DNA of 64,000 bases from assembly GCA_013239625.1 (NCBI GenBank), contig MU054049.1, forward strand, positions 2,111,892 through 2,175,891, in the 5' to 3' direction. Below the pieces are notes generated by a model. That model was not told where the DNA came from. It saw only the letters and a list, made by a program, of their open reading frames with translations, and made no database searches. The position numbers were made by a program, and so were the translations under genes. Below are positions 25,201 to 37,930 of the stretch, piece by piece. Source of the DNA: Lama guanicoe (Eukaryota). Numbering within the stretch: position 1 is the stretch's first letter; each line of letters opens with the position of its first letter.

Positions 25201-25916
25201 CACTACTGCTATTATTCTAGTCCACTTATTGTATAGTGTCCTAAGCAAAAGTAATTTGAGAAGGCAGTATGTGAGATATTTGAAAAAGATATTCATCAAC
25301 ACCAGCAACTGTATCCATTAAATGTTTTATTGAGTGGATAGTGCTCGCTCTCTGGCTGGTATAGTCCAGATTTTCTTTGGGCATTCAAATGTACAATTTG
25401 CCAAAAAAAAAAGTTTAATTATGCTAGAATATGGAATCTGCCTTAATATTCTTTTAACATCACAGAAATGTAAAGAAACTATCTTACAGGCCATAATCTT
25501 CAGCACTGGAAATTGCCCATAATACACTTTTGTTTTCAAGATTGAATTATTCTTTAATTGGTGTTCAGGCTCTACAAAAAATCGTGTTAATATGCAGTGA
25601 TGGACTATAATCACATTCAAACATTGAGGTGGAGGGGATTTCCTATTATGGGAAATTAAATTTTCTGCCCTTTTTCAAGATTATTAACCTTTCCATTCAG
25701 AAGAAGTATGAAAGATGCCATCTGACTCACTAAATAAACTCACATGTAAACAGTCATCATTCCACAGGGACATGTTAGTCTGGGAACAGGCTTTTAGAAT
25801 ACAGTCCCCTAAGGGCAGTAAACTAAATTAAGTGTTCCCTATATTTTTAAATTTAGATATAATTGGCATTTTATTAGTTCCAGGTATACAACACAGTGAT
25901 TCAATATTTGTATATA

Positions 25917-26229
25917 CAGTTAGCCTTTTGTATCCTCTGGTTCTGCAGCTGAGGATTTAACCAACCGTGGATCCGAAATATTGGGGGAAAAATTCTAGGA
26001 AGTTCCAAAAAGCAGAACTTGAATTTGCATCATGCTGGCAACTATTTACATAGTATTTATATTGTATTAGGTATTATAAATAATCTACAGATGATTTAAA
26101 TTATACAGGAGAATGTGTATAGGTTATGTGCAAACACTGTGCCATTTTATATAAGGTACTTGACCATCCATGGATTTTGGTATTCGTAGAGGACCTGGAA
26201 CCAACCCCTGGAATACTGAGGGACCACTG
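25917..26229. mobile_element. MER2-type (Tigger family) non-autonomous DNA transposon inserted in an L1 3' end (~25843-26470, minus)
   Basis: TA|cagttagcc ... ggaccactg|TA termini; internal caactatttacatagtatttatattgtattaggtattataa. Confidence 0.8.
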
Positions 26230-26860
26230 TATTGCAAAATGATCAGTGCAGTAAGGCTAGTTAGTAGTTAACATCTATCACCACGCATAGTTACAAAAAT
26301 GTTTTTTCTTATGATGAAAACTTTTCCCATCTACTCTTAGCAACTTTGAGATATACAACACTGTATTATTAACAATAGTCTCCATGTGGTACACTACATC
26401 CCCATGACCTACTTATTTTATTGCTAGAAGTTTGTACATTTTAACCCTCTTAACCCATTTTGCTCACCCTTCACTCATAATGCACTGTTCACACTTTTCA
26501 CACTGAATATAACTGAATGAAGGCTGTTCTTAGAAGTGTCTTCTAGGCCGTAAATCTTAAACTCTTCGGGGCTGATTTCAAGATTTTATATTTTAAAGGG
26601 TTTCTTAATCTTACACTTTGACTCAAGGCCAGAGAGTTACTGAAACATACTGCTCTTTTCCAGTGATTGGATTAGACCACATCTACTTTTAGCCACGCCT
26701 TTTTACCTATGATTCTGTGCATTTTAGCTAAGCATCTAGCATTTAATTTAGAAGTGTGTTTAACTTCATTATTATTAGTTCTTTAATAAAATAGATTTGT
26801 ATCATACTCTTTTGAAGATTCTATTGAATTTTTAACCGTTTTTTATAACCTTCCCCTAAG

Positions 26861-26936
26861 GTATTCCCATGTGTCAGCAGCACTTAATTTGGAATAACAT
26901 GGAGCTTGAAGATGATTATTGCTTGAATGATTACAA
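26861..26936 (+). CDS. ZFAND4: ZFAND4 exon 3: (G)IPMCQQHLIWNNMELEDDYCLNDY(N)
   Basis: cccctaag| acceptor, |gtgagt donor, 76 nt; aligns with ubiquitin GIPPDQQRLIF...LEDGRTLSDYN. Confidence 0.95.
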
Positions 26937-27886
26937 GTGAGTGTAATTGCATATTAGCTGTTTTATAGACACTCAGAATTATGACTCCATTTTTTTTTCT
27001 GAATCCTTGAATCTTGTCTCTTCTTCTGAATAGTTCTGATCCGTAGCTTTCAGTGTAAATCCCTAAGATGTGTTGGCTCAGTACCCATACTATCCGATCC
27101 TTGTTCTCTGATTGTTTGTTTTACCTTTTCATTATTCACGCCAAACTACCTACCCCATGTCTTTTTAGATCTCCCTCTTCTTATCTTGCCTTATTTGCTC
27201 CTTTCGTTGAATATTGACCCATTTCCACCTGGCTACGTTCCTTTTCTTTCCATTTTTCCAAGAGTTTTGGGTGAGAGAGTATTGCTCTTCACCAAGTCTT
27301 TCATTTTTTCTTAAGCCCTCCTAACGTGACACTAAGTGACACTGTGTGCACCAGTGATTGCAAATATACTGCCTGACCTTTTGTCTCTGTTTCTCCCATC
27401 TCTCACATAATTCTTCATGCTTTCCTTAGAATGAAAGGGTCTGAGGCCGTGTGGAATAGCTAGGAGAGCACTGGGAGTTGAGAGACCTTGTAGATTTGCT
27501 TTTTTTTTTTTCCTATTGTTTTATTTTATTAAATAGACCTGCTGTTTCTAACACTTTGGGTCTTGAACAAGCTTCTTTTCTTCTTAAGGCCCCTTTCCCG
27601 ACATGTGAAGTAAAGAGGCTAAACCACATGACCACAGAGGGTCCATTCCTTACTTTTATTCTGGGATGTCATGGCCTATTTAAGGCATATGAGAACTTCT
27701 TCATTTTTTCATTATTGATACAAGTATATAAGTTAACATTTTATATTTATGCACATTGCTGTATCTTTTTTTGTGTGTTTAGAGGGTAGTCATTAGGCTT
27801 GATAAACACATAATTATGTGTATATTTAAGACTGAATGCATTTTGATGATTGTGGTTTATTTTATTTTTGTGTTAACTGTCCACAG

Positions 27887-27954
27887 CATTTCAGAAGGTT
27901 GTACCTTGAAGCTGGTATTGGCTATGCGTGGTGGACCTATAAATACTAGAAGAG
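27887..27954 (+). CDS. ZFAND4: ZFAND4 exon 4: ISEGCTLKLVLAMRGGPINTRR, end of UBL
   Basis: ccacag| acceptor, |gtaggc donor, 68 nt; LVLAMRGG matches ubiquitin LVLRLRGG. Confidence 0.95.
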
Positions 27955-30900
27955 GTAGGCATATGTTAAAATTATGTATGTTAAAGCAATTTGACAATAA
28001 TAATCTTCAAGCCAGATGATGTTTTTATAGCCTTAGGTTTTATTCAGATTCTCTTTATGCTATTAGGTCTTAGAAGAACATGGAGAACTTTGTTTCTCTA
28101 GGCATTGTTCTTGAAAGCCTAAATGCAGAGGCAGGAACTCATATTCCAGAAAATCTCATGATTCCTGATTCAGTCAAGAGAGATTTAAATATAAACCTCA
28201 TCAGTATAGGGAAGGGTAATGGGACGGCATGGTATACATATTATGTTGTTACCACTGTGTTTAGGTTCATACTGATCTTGCTGCTTTTTTTAATCCTGAG
28301 TCTTCAACTCCTGGGGTGTTGATTGTTATAGGAAATTCCTATGATATCTCTTTGCCTGGTTTGTGAGCATTTGGGTTTCATAGACATTATGGCCCTGTTG
28401 AATCCTTTTTTAAGGATGTGGGTGGTCTCTGGGGTTCCATTTGTTCATTCAGCAAACACATTTTGAGCATCTCCTATAAGTGCAGTATTTCATGGGAGAA
28501 AAAGTTCCTGCTTCATAGCAATGCCTACAATAAACATGTAAAGAATTGATCTTGTTTTAAGCAGTTGTAAGTGCTCTGGAGGGAACAGGATTGCATGAGT
28601 GTCTGTGGCAGCAGGGTGGTATGAGGACAGCTGTGGAAGCGCCCTTGGAGAAGGTGATGAGCAGAGACTTGATTAAAAAGGAAGTTCGAAGCGTAGGAAG
28701 AGTGGGGAGTGTTCACATTTGCCCTGGATTCAGGTATGTCACATGAATCTCCATAAAGCAGAGGCATTCTTAGGTTTCTCAGAGCAGTCCTGCTCTGCGG
28801 GCCTCATTTTGGGGAAGGCCTTTGTATTTGTTTTGTGTTAATGGCTTATACTTCTTCCACAAGCCACATTTCATCTCTGTGCTTCATAATTTTGATTAGA
28901 AAATAGGATTATCACCATCTTTTTTCTAGCTATTTCAAGAGTATTTTGTGAGATATGTTACCTTGGCCATTGAACTGTTTGGGATAAGTTAGAAGAAACA
29001 ACAAAAATAATGTGAGCAGTGATTAACAAGCACTCCTAATATCATGGACTTTCCATTAGTTGGACTTGCGAAATTGTCCCATATGACATAAGGTGATGTT
29101 TATAGTACCAATTCTGAGGGTAGTACAAGAACCCTAATGTGTTTACTGAGCCATTATAAGATAGAATTACGTAGCGTTTAATGACATTTGAATTCCACTG
29201 TATTATATTTTTCAAAGTTGATTATTTGTGTATGGTATTGTCTTTAAAGCAGGGTGCTTAATCAGAACACCTACTTTTCTTACTAGGACTAAAATTATGT
29301 TTATGAGGAAGAGTGTAAGTATCACAGATTCTGAGTTAAAAATATATGTATTTTTTAACTTAAAAAAAGAAAGTAAAAGACATTACTACCGTTTGATAAT
29401 TGAAGCTTTGTAATACCTTTTTTCCTATAACTTTCTATGCCTTGTTTCTAAATTGAAAAATCAGCACCTAAAACTTGTCTGTTTTTTTGACATTTTAAAT
29501 TAAGTTGTTAATAATTTTGCCTTTATTGAGTCAACATTTTAAATTAAAAGCTTGCTATTATCCACCTTACATCATTGAAAACTTTGTGGAAAAGAAAAAC
29601 TATACCCAGATCTAGAACTTCTTGATACTGTATTTGAGGAACCTTATTTTTTTTAGCTATTTAATCTTAACTTGAAAATTATGGCTTAGAAAATACCTTT
29701 GTCATGTGAATTCCAGTAAGAGTTAGCTCTTAAAATTATTTTTGAATTAACCATTATCAAAACAGCATAGAAAATACTTTTATTTCTAAAACTAAATTTT
29801 ATCCTTAATTATGTACACAGTATTTTACACCTGATGAAATCGAAATGATTTTTCTATTATGGAAAGGTGTGTGTATACATACACATCTTTGATGGCAATG
29901 CCTCCCTAAGTAAGGCATACTCTGTTGGCTTAAGCAAGACTTTCATGTGGTTTTAGTAGTGGCAGTAGCCTAATTTTTATGTCTTATTAATGAGGAAAAT
30001 GTAGCATTGACTTAAAATGGCAATAAGTTGTGTTATAAATGTCTTTTAATATTTACATATTTTGTGCCTGTGAAAGAGTATCAAACATCCACATATTTTT
30101 ATAAAACAAGCTTAATCTTACTGTATTTCTACAGATTTGTGTTTTAGCAGTAGTGATATTGAAATTAGGGTAGAGCATCTTTAATGTTTTTACCTGTTAC
30201 TTCCAGAGTTTAATATTTCTTATTGCTGTAACTTTTTAAAGGGTTGTATAGCACTGTGATTCTGTTAATAAATAAGCTACTTGAATGAAACTTACGGAGT
30301 TTGAGAAATTGTTGCCTCTTTTAAGAAAGAACAAATGTTTCTGCAGCTTGACATGAAAATGTCCTTGGAAGCAAACTTTTTTTTTTTGGTGATCATTACT
30401 TAGACTCCCTGATCTGGGGTTCAGTGGCTTTTCGGGCATTCAGCCTATGAGCTAGCAATCTCCTGAGGCTCTTTCCCGCCATAGGAGCAGAATCTGGCTA
30501 CTGTAATGACAGCGGGTTGAGATGATGGCTGCAGTATTATTCAGACCTGAGGACAACTCCAGGCCACTAGAGCTGTGTGCTCTGACTAGATATATAAGAC
30601 ACGTGCCAGGACAGTTGGGGTCCTGGGAGGATACTTTCAAAGAAACAACGTATTGATCATTACACACATGGCAGTTTTAGTGCACTAAGTGGCCCCCTTG
30701 TGTTCTGAGTTACTCTGTACTTTTAATTACCTGACTTCAGGTCAAGAGCTAGGAAGAATCAGCCTTTGTATAAAACCAGAAAGAGAAAAAGGGATTTGTT
30801 TCTAATATGTTTCCCAGTTGTGTGTGTGTTTTTTAATTAAAAGTAAGTGGAATTTATCTTGCTTTTAAATTATTGACTATTGGAACCAATACTTGAAAAT

Positions 30901-31235
30901 ATAGGGAGAGTAAGGTGTAAAGTGAAAACAATCATAGATAATTATGTCATAGAATCAACAAATATGAGCTCTGGTGGCACAGGTATTTTGGTTAAATCGT
31001 GTCTTTGTACATAGCAATATAATCATTTCATTTCTTTCATGTTAATACATGGGGAATGCTGAATTAACTATAAAAAGACCAGAAACTTACTTGCAGAATC
31101 TAATTTATATATATATATATGTGTAGTATGCACAGTTTGTTGTTCAGATTCAGCACATCATATCCTGTCAATGTATCAAGATGCATAAAACTTCATAAAA
31201 ATTGAAAGCTTGTTTATCAATTTTTCCATTTGTAG

Positions 31236-31422
31236 TTCCTATGGAAGATCCACTTAGGGAGATGGCTGAGTACATGGATTCCAGTCGAGATGAGGTCTGG
31301 GAGAAGACCTCCTCCACCAAACAAGTTACGTTTTTGGTATACCGAGAAGGAGATCAGTTGAATTTCTTTCGTGTAGTAGATAGGGGAGATGGCACTTTAA
31401 CACCATTGTCTGAATCTTTAAG
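31236..31422 (+). CDS. ZFAND4: ZFAND4 exon 5: (V)PMEDPLREMAEYMDSS...DRGDGTLTPLSESL(S)
   Basis: tttgtag| acceptor, AG|gtaaat donor, 187 nt, phase joins exon 6. Confidence 0.92.
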
Positions 31423-32329
31423 GTAAATAGGTTTTCATTTGCATGTCTCAGAAATGAACACTGTATGATACACCCATAAACCTTGTTTACCTGTGTTGTC
31501 AAAATAATCTTATATTCACAAGACTGACTAAATTTTATGAATTCCCCACTTTTCCCCTACCCCACCCTTTATATAATTCTGAAATTAGCCTTCATATGAT
31601 TGATATGAGTAATTTCTAAAGTTGAAGTTTCCTTATGGAGTAGGATTTTTTCATAAAAAACTTATTTCTATCACTCTATGAAACCCTAAGATGCCTACTA
31701 GATTATAGAGTCTTGTTATAATTGTGTGTTATTATATAACTGTGGCATAATGGAAAATTGCTCTGTTTTTCCAAAATGTAACTTCCTGCTTAAAGGTGGA
31801 TAAATCTCCTTTCTTCTCTAGTCTTGTTTTCCTACTGTAACAGGAAGAGGGTCTGTTGTATTCTAAAATCAGAAGGAAAACAGCTTAAAGGTACTTAGCT
31901 AGTCAAGAGAATCAATTGGACAAGGTAACCTTTAAGTTTCACTCTGCTTTGCTATGATTCTTTGTGTCCTTTGCCTCCTTTAAGTCGCTAAACATGCACT
32001 GAACTTTTTATAGTCTCTACACTAAGCTTGGGTTAAAAAGATTATTGTCCTTCCCTTCCTGGGACATGCAATCTGCTATAAATAGTATCTAAAATACAAT
32101 ATTGGCAGTTGTTATGAAAAGACACCAACATCAGCAACTCTGGAAAAGCAGATGAGGGCCTTCATGTTGCCTGAAAGATGAGGTGTTAGGGACAAACTCT
32201 GAGAAAAAGTGACTTTAAAAGAGGAGTAAGACAGGCAAAGAAAGGGAAGCTATTCCGGGTAACTAAATTTAATTCCGCAACGTAAAAACCTAGCGGCAAT
32301 ACCATTCACAGGAAAAACAGCCTGTAGTC

Positions 32330-32755
32330 TGGAGATCAGTTTCTGTGGGTTGAGAAGTCTACGCACAGTATATGTAGGTGCTCTGCTCAGGGTCTCACAA
32401 AGCTGCATTTAAGGTGTTGGCAAAGGTGTACTCTTACCTGGAGGCTTGACTGGGGAAGAGAATCTACTTTCAAGCTCATGTTGGCATAATTCATTTCCTG
32501 GTGATGATGTGACTGAGGACCCTGATATTTTGCTGGCTCTTGGGTAGAGGCTGCCCTCACTTCCTTTTGATTTAACTCAGAATCAACTGATTTGGGGCCT
32601 CAATGACATCTGCAAAATCCCTTTTCTTCTGTCATATTGTGTTGAATAGAAGCAAGTCGTAGGTCATGCCCACACTCAAGGCTAGGAGAGCGTACAGGGT
32701 GTGAGCACCAGGAGTTGGGAATCATGGGGGTTCCTTTAGGATTCTGCCCACCACG
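32330..32755 (-). mobile_element. MLT1-type LTR remnant
   Basis: ctctgctcagggtctcacaaagctgcatttaaggtgttggc...cccacactcaagg...ctgcccacca. Confidence 0.6.
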
Positions 32756-33432
32756 GAGTGTTATGTGGAAGAGGGATTATATTCATTCTTTGGGGCCAGA
32801 GAGCAGACTGTGACAACGGGTGTTGCCCGCTGGCTCTAACGTGTCAGGATTTGGTTAGCACTGCAAATGTGGCTTAAACATAGGGGCTAGAAGTAGAGAA
32901 GAGGGAGCAGTGAGGGCTGTGGCTTTACTCCAGTGTCTCTCACTTAGATAATGAATAGAGTTTCCTTATACCAGCCTCTCCATGTGCTAGATAACTGTTG
33001 TGGTGGTTTTCTTCCATAGAACATCCTCTTTTGACTCTCCTTTCCTAACGGAAAAAAATCTAAGCTCTGTGGCTTAGCATGGAAGGCCGTTTACAACCTG
33101 TCATCATCAGTTTTTCAGGTCTCTTTTATCATGCCATGTTTTTGTACATCTTTTTTCCTTCACTTGAAGTGTCATTTCCTCCTTTTACCCCATTTTTTTT
33201 CCCTATTCAACTTCTATTTGTGTTTAAGACATAATCCAAATTTTGCCATGGATTTCGATTAAAATTGCATTACTGTTCCTCTTAAGATAATTTTTTTGTT
33301 TATTTTTCTCTTCCTTTCCATTCACCTATCAGAACTGGTTGATATGGGATAGGGTAGTTGAGAAAGGGGAGCAGAAAACTTTCTGGTCATACCATATCTT
33401 GCCTGTTCTAGGAGAGCTTTCTTACTCTTCAA

Positions 33433-36400
33433 CAGAGGGCAGCAAACATTTTTTTTGTAAAGGGCCAGATAGTAACTGTTTTAGGATTTTCAGGCCAAGG
33501 GATAAAACTAAGGATACCATGTAAGTACTTCCATGACAAGGGAAAATAAATTTCCACAAAATTTTTAGAGACAAAATACAAAATATAAAAATAATAATTG
33601 AGTACATGTGTGTGTTTAATTCAGGTGAACTAATGAGAAGAATGGAATTCTTTTTGGTGGGAGTAATAGTTTACTTAATTGAGCTTGAAAGCTAGTGTTG
33701 CCTATTAAATTTACAAAATCAGTTTTAAACTTCGTCTGTTAATATTGATCTGTAATGAGATTTTATGTATTTTATCTTTGAAAACGTCTTTTCATGCAGA
33801 TGGGTAGTGCCAGATAGTGACAGCAGTCCTTGAGCATATGATTTTTTGAGCATATTCTTCACTTGGAAGGCATTTACAGAATTCTGTCAGAGTCTTCTCT
33901 TGCTGTTGGCTTTTAGTATGTCATTATGTTGCAGATTAATCACTTTTCAATTGTACATTTCCTCTAACTTACAATGAGGTATGAAAATTGCTGCCTGGAC
34001 TTTAAATTTGAGTTGAGAAAGTGTGTCTGCTTCAAATTCGTGTGAGAATAGAGATCTCGCTTTGTTTTTAACTTCTGAAAACATACTATTACGTGTGATT
34101 CCAAGTAATGCTAGTTGTCAGTATGACATTACTGCAGTGTAAGTTTCTCATGTAAATATTGTTTTGCCTTGTAATTTTAGGTGGAATTCATTAAGAAATG
34201 TTATCAACTTCACAATAAAAGCAAACTTCCTAAGGCGTTTAGCGTTGCATATTAGTGATTGATAGTGGTCACAATTCAGAAAAATTCAGTGTCAGCCCTG
34301 AGCTAAAAACAAAAAAATCAATAAAATTGCTACCGCTAAGCCATTGAGCTAATGGTTAAGTTCATCAGACAGGTGAAATTTATCATCGACACTGCTGGTT
34401 CAGTAATACATGATAGGCTGAAATATTTACTCCAGAAAATCTGCTGACAAATAATATAATGAGTAACCATAGGTTTTAAACACCTTGCATTTTCATCAGT
34501 TTGTAAATTTGTCCAACAAGACGTTTTTTCTGTTCCACACATATTTTTACTCCATCAGTTATAGCAGATTTCACTTCAGTTTGTACTGAGTTAGTGTTCT
34601 AGCAACTTCTTTGCAAATATTCTTACCTGTAGTTGTTTCATGCAGACCATACATAGGGGCCTGTTCTTCAGTCACTTCAAATTTGGTGTTGATGCTATGA
34701 AGAAAGGAAGACAACTGAGTGGTGTCAGTAGCTTATATTGACTCATCAAAAGCCAAGGAAAACAACTCAAATCATTTGCCTTATTTTTTAATTGACTATT
34801 GATGTTGCTTCCAGTGTTCTCAACTCTTCTAGAAATTATTCTTGCCAAAGAAGCAGTCTTTAAAAAGGTTTGTTTTCTCTGGACCCATTTCTTCAACTGC
34901 TATGACCAAACATGGTTTAATCAGTTCACAGTTGTAAGCCTTTCCTTGCACGGCTAATAAAAAAGGCACTTGGAAACTTATTTTGGTTGCACTCTCATTT
35001 TCAGTTTTTATTTTTGCAAAGAGATTCTGTTGTGATGAGGTACTCCATGTAAAATTTTCTGCTTTTTTGACCACTGCTTTCCTGCAAGTTGGAAATGTCA
35101 TGATCTTTTGACTGATACTGTCCAAATATGTTGTTTTCTTTTAGAATAGCTATAGTGTCAAATTGCATAATAAATACAGCTCTTTGATATCTAGTTGATA
35201 GCAGAGCAATCTGCTCTCTACTGTGCCCTAAAAGTCCATACTTCTCTTCTTGTTTTGACATGTTGGGCATATACTGGTAATAAAGTGTCATTGCATAGCA
35301 ATACACATGGCATTCAGAATGCTGTTGAATTATGACTATGCCAGTGTGATTTATAGTGTCCCAAGCCACAGTGAAAAGCAATGAGAGAACCACTTACAAT
35401 TTGTTGTAGCTGTTCAGTCCTGCCATTGTAGTGCAAGAGCAGAATACAGTATGTGATCAAGTGAGTGTGGCTGTGTTTCAGTGAAACTTTATTGGACACT
35501 AATGTGAATTTCATATAATTTTCACATTGTGAAATATTTTGATTTTTTTTCAGCTATTTAACAATGCTGTCCTAGGGCAGTCTACCCAAGCAATAGAAAT
35601 AAAAGCAAAAATAAACAAATGGGACCTAATTAAACTTAAAAGCTTTTGCAAAGCAAAGGAAACCATCAGCAAAATGAAAAGACAACCTATGGAGTGGGAG
35701 AAATACTGCAAATGATGCAACTGACAGCTTAATTTCCAGAATATACAAACAGCTCATACAACTCAATAACAAAAAACAAACAACCCACTCAGTGAAAAAG
35801 TGGCCAGGAGACCTAAACAAATATTTCTCCATTGAAGACATACGAATGGCCAATAGGCACATGAAAAAATGCTCAGTATTGCTAATTATCAGAGAAATGC
35901 AAATCAAAAGTACAATGAGTTATCACCTCACACAGGTCAAAATGACCATCTTTAGAAAGTCCACAAACAATAAATGCTAGAGAGGATGTGGAGAAAAGGG
36001 AACAGTGTTGGTGGGAATGTAGTTTGGTGCAGCCATTATGGAAAACAGTATGGAGATTCCTTAAAAAACTGGAAATAGACTTACCCTATGATCCAGCAAC
36101 CCCAGTCCTGGGCATATATTTGGAGGAAACTTTAATTCAAAAAGATACATTCACCCTAATGTTTGTAAGTGCACTATTTACAGCAGCCAAGATACGGAAG
36201 GAACCCAAATGTCCATCAACAGATGGTTGGATAAAGATGTTGTGGTTTATTTTTACAATGGAATACTACTTAATACTCAGCCAAAAAAAAAAAAAGCCAC
36301 TTGCAGCGACATGGATGGATCCTGGAGATCATCATACTAAGTAAAGTAAGCCAGAAGGAAAAAGAAAAATGACATATGATATCACTTATATGTGGAATTA

Positions 36401-36779
36401 AAAAAAAAAGGACTCAAATGAACTAATTACAAAACAGGAAGAGATTCAGACATAGAAAACAAACTTATGTTACTGGGGGGAAGTGGGGGAGGGTGGAGAG
36501 ATAAATTGGGAGTTTGGGATTTGTAGATACCAACTACTATATATAAAATAGATAAACAACAAGGTCCTATTGTTTAGCACAGGGAACTATATTCAGTACC
36601 TTGTAATGACCTATGTAATGACAAAGAATATGAAAAGGAACATATATGTAAATGAATCACTATGCTGTACACCAAAAATTAATGCAATATTGTAAATTAA
36701 CTATACTTCAATAAAAGAAAGCTGGAAAAAAATAAGCGATGGACTGAGTTTGGCCTTGGTCATAGTTTGCAGACTCCTG
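33433..36779 (-). mobile_element. hAT-Charlie DNA transposon (Cheshire/MER58-like) with degenerate transposase, interrupted by an L1
   Basis: TIRs cagagggcagcaaac / gtttgcagactcctg; degenerate 8-bp flanks ctcttcaa / ctctaaga; minus-strand peptides QQNLFAK..ESATKISF..ELIKPCL..EEMGPEK and QLKNKA resemble Charlie/SPIN transposases. Confidence 0.8.
35570..36733 (+). mobile_element. 5'-truncated LINE-1 (ORF2 C-terminus + 3' UTR), sense orientation
   Basis: ORFs 35792 and 35988 match L1 ORF2 C-terminus; ends aactatacttcaataaaa + A-rich tail. Confidence 0.9.
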
Positions 36780-37694
36780 CTCTAAGAAGAAACAGAATTG
36801 GGTGTATATTTGATTCATTCTGATGCAGGATCCAGTATCAGTCATCATTTTTAGTCTCAAATCTTTTTAGTTAATTGTGTTACTTGACTTTTTTTTTTAA
36901 AGTGGAAGGAGGCATTGCAACATTTAAATGGTTAATTTATCTGTGAAAGTCACATGAGGACTTGGCTTCAGGATGAACAGTATTTGTGTTGAAATAAATA
37001 ATATATTTGCCCATCTCTTATTCTTTGATATTATTAGAGTAAAAAATTTAGAGAAAGTTAAATATATCAATCATTCAAGAAAATATTTAGAATAGTTAAC
37101 TATAAAGAAAAATATTTGGGGATTAATTTTATAAGTTATTATTTTATCCTAGTCTTTGTTACATTTTCCCATTTAGAAAAAAAGTTGGCATTGGTTTCTA
37201 ACTGATCTCATGAATTTATGCATTGTGAGAGAAAACACAATAACGTGATACTTGTAGAAAAAATTAGGTGAATTTAAGTGCTTTTTGTCCTCTAAAATGC
37301 ATCTAGTGAAATATTTATCATGACTGTACTTTTTTACATGTATATACACACACTGTTCTCTATGGGAAAACAGTAAAGGATCAGTTTTTTAATGACAGGA
37401 AAGTTGAGTTAGAAAACTCTTTTAATATTTAATATGGGTAAATTTAAAATGCCACAGGATATAACAGAGGAGCAGTTGAAGTTAAAATATATTAAGGTAA
37501 CCAAGAATAGAATATACTTGAGTCATTTCTTCCAATTCCAAGGGTGAACTTGCAGAAATCTTCACTCAACCCTCCTTTTCAGGTATGGTTAACTTCAAGA
37601 CAAGAACCTTCACATACTGTAAGTTCTGTCACTTATTTGGGTACATGAGCATGACGCAGTAAGATCTGTTGTTTGGTGCCTGGGGAAGCAACAT

Positions 37695-37930
37695 GAAGTA
37701 GTATAAAGAACAGGCTTTGGAACCAGATGGACAGGGTATGTGACTCTTAGGTGCACCATTTACTAGCTCTCTGGCTTAAACAAAATCACTTTTTTAACCT
37801 CTCTTGAGTTGACTGTAGTTTCCTCATTTATAAAATGGTGGAATATATCACCTTATATGGTTTTTGTGAGGATTAGAAATAATATGTGGGAAGTGCCTGG
37901 CAGAGTAGGCATTCAGTAAATGGTAGCAAT
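37695..37930 (+). mobile_element. MIR SINE
   Basis: agaacaggctttggaaccaga...agtttcctcatttataaaatgg...gtgcctggcagagtaggcattcagtaaatggtagc. Confidence 0.75.

Noticed and set aside
34336..35393. Domesticated transposase gene
   Set aside because: Multiple frameshifts and stops; lies between transposon TIRs
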